Of a DNA stretch of 31,469 nucleotides, positions 26,035-31,469 are shown one piece after another. Source of the stretch: a virus (lineage: Duplodnaviria > Caudoviricetes). Position 1 is the first letter of the stretch. Each line of letters opens with the position of its first letter. Where the stretch lies: IMG/VR virus record IMGVR_UViG_3300044580_000297, positions 1 through 31,469 of that record. One strand, written 5' to 3'. Position numbers and translations under genes: made by a program. The notes below the pieces were generated by a model. That model was not told the origin of the DNA and made no database searches. It worked only from the letters and a program-made list of their open reading frames with translations.

Positions 26035-26241
26035 ATGTATAATTATAATGATACTAAAGCATATAATAGATATCAATTATTGAAAGATAAATATTATATC
26101 CATGAAATATCAGGTGAAGTACGGTGGTTACCGAAGCAAACAGGATATTACAAGCCGTTAAGTTATGAAAAATATTTATTGCATTGTGTCAATACGCATA
26201 TTAATACTGCAATAAGACAGGGATATGAAAAATTAAAATAA
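26035..26241 (+). CDS. hypothetical protein
   Basis: AAGGAGG RBS, 68 aa. Confidence 0.65.
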   Translation: MYNYNDTKAYNRYQLLKDKYYIHEISGEVRWLPKQTGYYKPLSYEKYLLHCVNTHINTAIRQGYEKLK

Positions 26242-26254
26242 AGGGGGAACAAAT

Positions 26255-26467
26255 ATGCAAGACATAAAAGAAATCAAAATGATAATAGAATTGATGCTTG
26301 AACTAATGGGAATTTACTATTCATCGGAATATTATTTTATCCCAAAGTGTGGCGAAACTTTTGATGATGAAATAAGAAATAGTTGTGCGCAAAAATGTAT
26401 TGATTTTGATAATTGCTGGACTAAACATAAGATATGCAAAATAATGAATGAAGGAGGAACAATATGA
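26255..26467 (+). CDS. hypothetical Cys-rich protein
   Basis: RBS present, five Cys in 70 aa. Confidence 0.6.
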   Translation: MQDIKEIKMIIELMLELMGIYYSSEYYFIPKCGETFDDEIRNSCAQKCIDFDNCWTKHKICKIMNEGGTI

Positions 26468-26970
26468 AAGAGTTAAGCAAAATCACAATCAAAGCAATAA
26501 CGAATGAAAAGGAATTACAGCAAGCAGCACAAAATTTGATGGTTTTAAAATTAATGAAAGAAAAAGCAGAACAGATATATAAAGAGAAAAGGGAAAAATA
26601 TGCAGAAGTACTGAAAGAGATTGAAGCTATCAATCAGGAAGAGAAAGCTTTCATTGCAACAATCAAGGATTATGACAATAAAATAAGGACTGAGATAAAA
26701 AATTATATAACAGCCCTAATCCAGGAAGGGCAACAGGTAGAAAAAATAATCCCTGTTGAAGGCGGTAGAGTAACATTTGTAAAGGACATCGACATAGAGT
26801 ATGAAAAGGCAAAAGTGATTAAAATGGTATTACAGGGAAAATTGGATGAAGATGTCCTTGAAATCAATGAAACTAAATTAAAAGCAATAGTTGCTAATGG
26901 AATGAAAATACAAGGTGTTGAAGTAAAAGAAACTGTCACTATGAGAGTATTAAAAGAAAAAGGCGCTTGA
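26464..26970 (+). CDS. Gam/Gp157-like coiled-coil protein
   Basis: Long helical N-terminus, C-terminal INETKLKA...G.KIQGVEV motif. Confidence 0.55.
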   Translation: MKELSKITIKAITNEKELQQAAQNLMVLKLMKEKAEQIYKEKREKYAEVLKEIEAINQEEKAFIATIKDYDNKIRTEIKNYITALIQEGQQVEKIIPVEGGRVTFVKDIDIEYEKAKVIKMVLQGKLDEDVLEINETKLKAIVANGMKIQGVEVKETVTMRVLKEKGA

Positions 26971-26981
26971 AAAAGCGCCTT
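26952..26981 (-). terminator. intrinsic terminator (minus strand)
   Basis: AAGGCGCTT/AAGCGCCTT stem (26960-26981) followed on the minus strand by TTTCTTTT. Confidence 0.65.
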
Positions 26982-27041
26982 AAAGGTAAACTAAAAGGAG
27001 GAACAAAATCCCGCAAAAGGGTGGGTGCGGGAGGTTGTTAT
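26952..27041 (-). ncRNA. putative ~90-nt antisense small RNA with anti-Shine-Dalgarno core
   Basis: Leftward consensus promoter, 5' hairpin (27009-27032), single-stranded AUUUUGUUCCUCCUUUU, terminator hairpin with U-tail. Confidence 0.6.
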
Positions 27042-27047
27042 AATAAT

Positions 27048-27076
27048 AATATAGCACTTGTTATAAAGGATGTCAA
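27048..27076 (-). promoter_or_regulatory. leftward sigma70 promoter with extended -10
   Basis: Minus strand TTGACA (27076-27071), 17 bp, TGc-TATATT (27053-27048). Confidence 0.7.
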
Positions 27077-27127
27077 CAATGAATGTTAAAATTATTGAAA
27101 AAATTATAATATGTTGTACAAATAGAA

Positions 27128-27157
27128 AAGCCTTAAAGCAAGCGGGCTTTAAGGCTT
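27128..27157. repeat. 12-bp inverted repeat upstream of replication gene
   Basis: AAGCCTTAAAGC-N6-GCTTTAAGGCTT. Confidence 0.8.
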
Positions 27158-27187
27158 CAAATCAATTAATCGAAAAGGAGCAGGTCT

Positions 27188-28366
27188 ATGAATGACAACA
27201 ACAATATGCAAAAACGTTATGACATATTACCAGAATATATATGTCTTTGTCAACAACTAAATGCAACTGAAAAACTGATATTGGCTAAAATATTTAGCTT
27301 ATCCAGAAAAACTGGTTTCTGTTGGGCAGGAACAGAATATTTGATGAAAACGCTAAATATCTCAAAACCAACAATGCTTAAATACTTAAAAGAACTAAAG
27401 AAAAAAGGCTTTTTGGTTGAGTATATAGATGAACAAAGAAAAATACGGCTAAAATATCCATTGATAAATGAAACAAACAATCGTTTTGCTATATTGCATG
27501 AAGATGTGATGCAAGATGATGAATTAAAGCCTGCTGATAAATATTTGTATGCGATAATAACATTATTTAGTCAAAATAGTCTTGGAGTATGTTGGGCAAC
27601 TAATGAGCAACTAAACCAATATATGAATATATCTGAAAGAGAAATAAGAAATATTCTAAAAAAATTAAATACTAAAAAACATATATTGATATATCGCAAT
27701 AGCAAATATCGATACATAATCCCTAACTATGGTGTTGAATACACCGACATAGAAAGATTTTTAACTGGGGAGATTGATGAATTTTTAACAAAGTGTGCAG
27801 AAATAACACAGGCGGAAATATTTTTACCTAATAATGAAACAGAAGGCGGAAAAAATTTTACCGATGGAGGAAATATTTTTACCACAGGCGGAAAAATTTT
27901 TACCCATAACAATATAAATAACGATATAAATAACAATATAAAAAATTACACTTTTTCTGATGAAAAAGTGTCCGCAGAACAACAAAATGACATTGTTGCA
28001 ATAACAAATAACAACGTAATCAACAATGAAAAAACAAAAGAAAAAGACAATTTCAACAAAATTAAAGCAAAATTCAAAGAGTATAACAAAGATTATTATC
28101 ATGATGGAAAACAAGCTAAATTTATTAAGATGCTGTTAAAGCGATGCAATGATGATGTGAATATTGTGCTTGACTATCTTGATAATTATGTTAAACTTAA
28201 AATTGAGAATAAAAAAGAGTTTTGGAAGAGTGCACCGTTGACACCGCAGGGATTGTATACCAGGCTTGATTATTTGATTGAAATGCGGAAAGAATATATG
28301 AGCAAGGAGGATGAGGAAACTATTGCATATATTAACAAATTATTCGGGAGAGACAATAATGGTTGA
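27188..28366 (+). CDS. replication initiator with two tandem winged-HTH domains
   Basis: Two L...EK/DKL...I..(L/F)S...G.CWA..E.L repeats; internal iterons. Confidence 0.85.
   Translation: MNDNNNMQKRYDILPEYICLCQQLNATEKLILAKIFSLSRKTGFCWAGTEYLMKTLNISKPTMLKYLKELKKKGFLVEYIDEQRKIRLKYPLINETNNRFAILHEDVMQDDELKPADKYLYAIITLFSQNSLGVCWATNEQLNQYMNISEREIRNILKKLNTKKHILIYRNSKYRYIIPNYGVEYTDIERFLTGEIDEFLTKCAEITQAEIFLPNNETEGGKNFTDGGNIFTTGGKIFTHNNINNDINNNIKNYTFSDEKVSAEQQNDIVAITNNNVINNEKTKEKDNFNKIKAKFKEYNKDYYHDGKQAKFIKMLLKRCNDDVNIVLDYLDNYVKLKIENKKEFWKSAPLTPQGLYTRLDYLIEMRKEYMSKEDEETIAYINKLFGRDNNG
27811..27942. promoter_or_regulatory. putative replication origin (iterons plus AT-rich repeats)
   Basis: Four 18-mers GGMGGAAAWAWTTTTACC at 27811, 27845, 27866, 27887, then three 12-mers TAACRATATAAA at 27907-27942. 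Confidence 0.8.
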
Positions 28367-28946
28367 TAACATATTACAAAAAATAGAAAATATGTATGGA
28401 AATTACAGGCCAGCATATAAAGTGGCAGTACGCAATTTTTTAGAGAAAATCCCGCAAGAAAAATATGAAACTATGATGCAAAATTTACTGTTGAGATATA
28501 AATCTGAATATAATCAGCCGCCATCAATACCAACGCTAATGGAGATGGCAGGAATGACACTGGATAATGAAGCTGAAAAGGAATGGATAACATTAAGAAA
28601 TGTGAGCGCTATGGTAAGTGTTCTGATAATTAATCCCAGGACACAAGCAGTTGTCGAAAGTTATGGTGGGTGGTATAATTTTTGTCAGCAACGGGAAGAA
28701 AATGAATACACGCACAAGGATTTTATCGAACGATATAAAACTGTTACGCCTGCCGAAAAGCCGAAAGTGTTGAGGGGCTATGCTGACTATTTCTGGAATA
28801 GAGATATTGATTATAGCAAAGTAAAAATAATTGGAGATTATCAGAAAGGGACAATATTGCTATGTCAAATAGAAAAAAAAGAGATTGACAAAAAGCAAAA
28901 TGAGATTGAAAAGTTAGTTGCAAAAACAATAAAATATATTGAATAA
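28359..28946 (+). CDS. DUF6475-like replication accessory protein (helicase loader/inhibitor position)
   Basis: PPSIP.L and P.TQAVVESYGGW..FC...DFIERY; follows the initiator; GGAG RBS favours 28359. Confidence 0.6.
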   Translation: MVDNILQKIENMYGNYRPAYKVAVRNFLEKIPQEKYETMMQNLLLRYKSEYNQPPSIPTLMEMAGMTLDNEAEKEWITLRNVSAMVSVLIINPRTQAVVESYGGWYNFCQQREENEYTHKDFIERYKTVTPAEKPKVLRGYADYFWNRDIDYSKVKIIGDYQKGTILLCQIEKKEIDKKQNEIEKLVAKTIKYIE

Positions 28947-28960
28947 AGGAGGAACAAAAA

Positions 28961-29347
28961 ATGTACCAAGACACAATTATGTTAGCAGTAAGAGACGGAA
29001 AGCCAGAAATATCGCTTGATGGCGATGAATGGGTTGGGGTCAATATCGATATCAATGGATTAAAAGACGATGAGTACTTAATTGAATTCTATATTGATAT
29101 AATAGGTTATGATCCTGGCCGTGACGCGCCAGCACCAAAAAATGATATTCTGATGGCGATACCGCCTGAACCAGAGGAAGTTGATTATGAAATAGTCGGT
29201 GCAATTATCCTTGATAGTGATTTAAATGAAAAGAAAAAACTTGCTCTTTCTGATGCATGCAAGATAATTGGTGTGTACGAAAACACAATATATGATTGTG
29301 TGCTTGAATATGCAAAGGAGCAGTACAATGGAAATATATATGATTAA
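28961..29347 (+). CDS. hypothetical acidic protein
   Basis: Strong RBS, 128 aa. Confidence 0.7.
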   Translation: MYQDTIMLAVRDGKPEISLDGDEWVGVNIDINGLKDDEYLIEFYIDIIGYDPGRDAPAPKNDILMAIPPEPEEVDYEIVGAIILDSDLNEKKKLALSDACKIIGVYENTIYDCVLEYAKEQYNGNIYD

Positions 29348-29774
29348 GAAGAACAGTGTGTTTATCCCTGCATATGATAGTGATAGAGAAATGGCTAATA
29401 AAATAAATGATGGTGCAATTCTGCATTGCAAGATATACAAATGGCATTCTGTGCAACAGCACAAGGCAGTGTTTGCCCTGGCCAGGACTGTGTTGATGAA
29501 TATGCCTGAACATTCACGATGGGGTCAGGCGTATAAGAATAACAGGGAAAAAGCAACGTATAATTTTGTGAAAGCAATGGAACTTGAATTAGGATTTTTT
29601 GAAGTAATGATGAAATTTGACGGCACTGCATATGTGGTGCCGTCCTCTCTTAAATATGACATGATGGACAGGGAAACATTTAATTTATTATTTCAAGCAT
29701 ATCTGGATAAATGTGCAGAATTATTGGGGTGTGACGCCGAACAATTATTATTACAATCCAAGGAAAATCTATGA
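29328..29774 (+). CDS. DUF1367/NinB-like recombination protein
   Basis: H..VFAL...PSSLKYDMMDRETFNLLF motif; AAGGAG RBS favours 29328. Confidence 0.65.
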   Translation: MEIYMIKKNSVFIPAYDSDREMANKINDGAILHCKIYKWHSVQQHKAVFALARTVLMNMPEHSRWGQAYKNNREKATYNFVKAMELELGFFEVMMKFDGTAYVVPSSLKYDMMDRETFNLLFQAYLDKCAELLGCDAEQLLLQSKENL

Positions 29775-30103
29775 AGTGGCAGGATAAAAAACAAGAAATA
29801 TTAGCAAAAGCAAATTGGCAGTGTGAATATTCAAAGTGTCATGAAAAAGCTATTGAACTGGCACACAGGATAGCAAATACAGAATATAATGCAAAGCGTA
29901 TACAGAGATATTTAAGAGAGGAGTATGGAAAGTATCATTCTCTTGAATTTGTTAAAAGATATTATTTGAATAATGAATTGAACCTTGCGGCAAGTTGCCG
30001 TATACACAATGATTATTTTAATTGTGCGAATACAAAAGAATTTTATAAAATAGTTGATAAAATTGTTGCGAAGGAGGATAAAAAATGTATTACAATACAA
30101 TAA
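29771..30103 (+). CDS. HNH-like zinc-binding endonuclease
   Basis: CEYSKC...ELAHRI...NLAASCRIHN. Confidence 0.6.
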   Translation: MKWQDKKQEILAKANWQCEYSKCHEKAIELAHRIANTEYNAKRIQRYLREEYGKYHSLEFVKRYYLNNELNLAASCRIHNDYFNCANTKEFYKIVDKIVAKEDKKCITIQ

Positions 30104-30306
30104 CTGATATAATAAACGATTTAAGACCTGTTAAAAAAAATGTTACAGAGTTTATCACATTGCAATCACATGCGAAAGGGAGGCCGCCACAGGGCAGGGA
30201 TGCGCATGATATTGTAATGGCGATGTTGGATATTCATTTGGAGCGCATGTCCATCTTGATATATATACTCATGATTGGAGTGCGAAAGTTAATCCTCATG
30301 AATTAG
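30085..30306 (+). CDS. hypothetical, probably chimeric ORF
   Basis: AAGGAGG RBS; the 3' part reads out of frame through the endolysin remnant. Confidence 0.45.
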   Translation: MYYNTITDIINDLRPVKKNVTEFITLQSHAKGRPPQGRDAHDIVMAMLDIHLERMSILIYILMIGVRKLILMN

Positions 30307-30314
30307 GGTTATAG
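30217..30314 (+). pseudogene. M23 endolysin 3' fragment
   Basis: Translates GDVGYSFGAHVHLDIYTHDWSAKVNPHELGL*, versus the endolysin's GDVGYSFGAHVHLDVYTADWSKKINPHSILLI*. In-frame stop at 30207, no start codon. Confidence 0.85.
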
Positions 30315-30316
30315 AC

Positions 30317-30643
30317 ATGGCAAGAAAAATAATACGGGAAGTTAGCTTATGGGGTGATTATGTGTTTTGTAAAGGGTGTGGTAAGATGCAGCCTAAAGAA
30401 GATTTCAAAATAGCTGTACGACGTGGGCGACAAACGTATGAGTCATATTGTCTAAAGTGCAGGGGGGGAAGGAATAAGAAACAAAGGAAAGTATTAATAC
30501 TTGATGATGATATATCAGATGAAGTTAAGATGAGAAGGAAATATGCACAGGAGCACGGGTTACTTGTGTATCCTGTAACATTCATGATGTGTGGTGATGA
30601 TGATATAATAATGGATATGAAAAATGGGATGAAGGAGTTATGA
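30317..30643 (+). CDS. zinc-finger protein
   Basis: CKGC...F...YCLKC. Confidence 0.65.
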   Translation: MARKIIREVSLWGDYVFCKGCGKMQPKEDFKIAVRRGRQTYESYCLKCRGGRNKKQRKVLILDDDISDEVKMRRKYAQEHGLLVYPVTFMMCGDDDIIMDMKNGMKEL

Positions 30644-30686
30644 TAATATTTGGTATGTGAACTAAAATTATGGATAAGAGGTAGAT

Positions 30687-31469
30687 ATGACATCAAAAGA
30701 TATATTAAAATTACTTGCAGATAAACATTCAAATGATGTATTTATCCCAGAATGTAAAGATGGCAGTACATATAATAGGAAGCATTTAAGACTTGATGCA
30801 TGGGTTATGAATAGAAGCTGGGATAAATTGAAATTTACAGGTTATGAGATAAAAATCTCACGTAGCGATTTTCTTGCTGATGATAAATATCATTCATATA
30901 TGAAGGTATGCAATGAATTTTATTTCGTAACATTAAAAGGAGTTTGTTCTATTCACGAAATACCTCAAGAAGCTGGGCTGTATGTAATTGCGTCAACAGG
31001 CAACAAAATATTAACAAAGAAAAAAGCTGTATATAGGCATATTGATTTCCCAACAAAATTATTTGTTTATATATTAATGTGTAGAACTAAAATAATTAAT
31101 TGGGATACTTGTATTGATAATATAGAATATTGGGAACAATGGCTGGAGAATAAAAAATACAAGGAAAATTTAGGAAGAAGTGTATCTAAAAAACTGATAG
31201 AAAATTATAAAAAAAATGTATGGGAAGTAAAAAGAGAGAATGGTGAACTATATATGAAAATACAAGAATACGATAAACTCAAAGAACTATTAAATGAAAT
31301 AGGAATAACAGATAAGGATACATTCTATAAAGCAAAGGAAAAAATAATTGCATTGAAAGACAGTGAAATGATATCAATATTAGAATCAACATTAGAAATG
31401 TCAAATAGGACTATTGAAAATATATTAAATAATATATACATGCTTAAACAAAATAATTTACAAAAATAG
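30687..31469 (+). CDS. MmcB-like PD-(D/E)XK endonuclease
   Basis: RLDAW, GYEIKISRSDF, YMKVCNEFYFV, EIP..AGL. Confidence 0.75.
   Translation: MTSKDILKLLADKHSNDVFIPECKDGSTYNRKHLRLDAWVMNRSWDKLKFTGYEIKISRSDFLADDKYHSYMKVCNEFYFVTLKGVCSIHEIPQEAGLYVIASTGNKILTKKKAVYRHIDFPTKLFVYILMCRTKIINWDTCIDNIEYWEQWLENKKYKENLGRSVSKKLIENYKKNVWEVKRENGELYMKIQEYDKLKELLNEIGITDKDTFYKAKEKIIALKDSEMISILESTLEMSNRTIENILNNIYMLKQNNLQK

Noticed and set aside
27811-27942. CRISPR array
   Set aside because: Units are 18 bp with mostly 3-bp spacers inside a CDS; iterons fit better and there are no cas genes.
23722-30314. Diversity-generating retroelement (template/variable repeat) interpretation of the duplicated lysin end or MTase repeat
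   Set aside because: No reverse transcriptase in the window and the mismatches are not adenine-specific.
692-30732. Numerous minus-strand ORFs of 60-141 aa in the ORF track
   Set aside because: They are antisense shadows of well-supported plus-strand genes, with no recognisable motifs.

Overview
The window is a single-strand-coded (all supported genes on +), AT-rich tailed-phage (or prophage) genome segment, most likely a siphovirus because no sheath gene is visible. Gene order: end of a probable portal fused to a MuF/gp7 head protein, Mu-like protease/scaffold, decoration protein, major capsid, head-tail connectors, then a four-gene nonulosonic (sialic-like) acid cassette (Maf/DUF115-like transferase, NeuA, NeuB, HAD phosphatase) wedged between the tail terminator and the tail tube. 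After that come the tail chaperone with a -1 frameshift signal, tape measure, beta-helix tail protein, a 2224-aa tail-tip protein, tail fibre, holin-like genes, a rearranged C5 DNA methyltransferase locus, an M23 endolysin, and an early module (recombinase, exonuclease, SSB-like protein, initiator with iterons, Nin-like genes). The most notable observations are the putative virion-sialylation cassette, a leftward small RNA complementary to a ribosome-binding cassette shared by several early genes, a circularly permuted methyltransferase tied to a 193-bp repeat ending in an IS200/IS605-like hairpin, and a 44-bp direct repeat that flanks the whole replication module and duplicates the endolysin 3' end. 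All protein calls come from motif recognition by eye, not from database searches.
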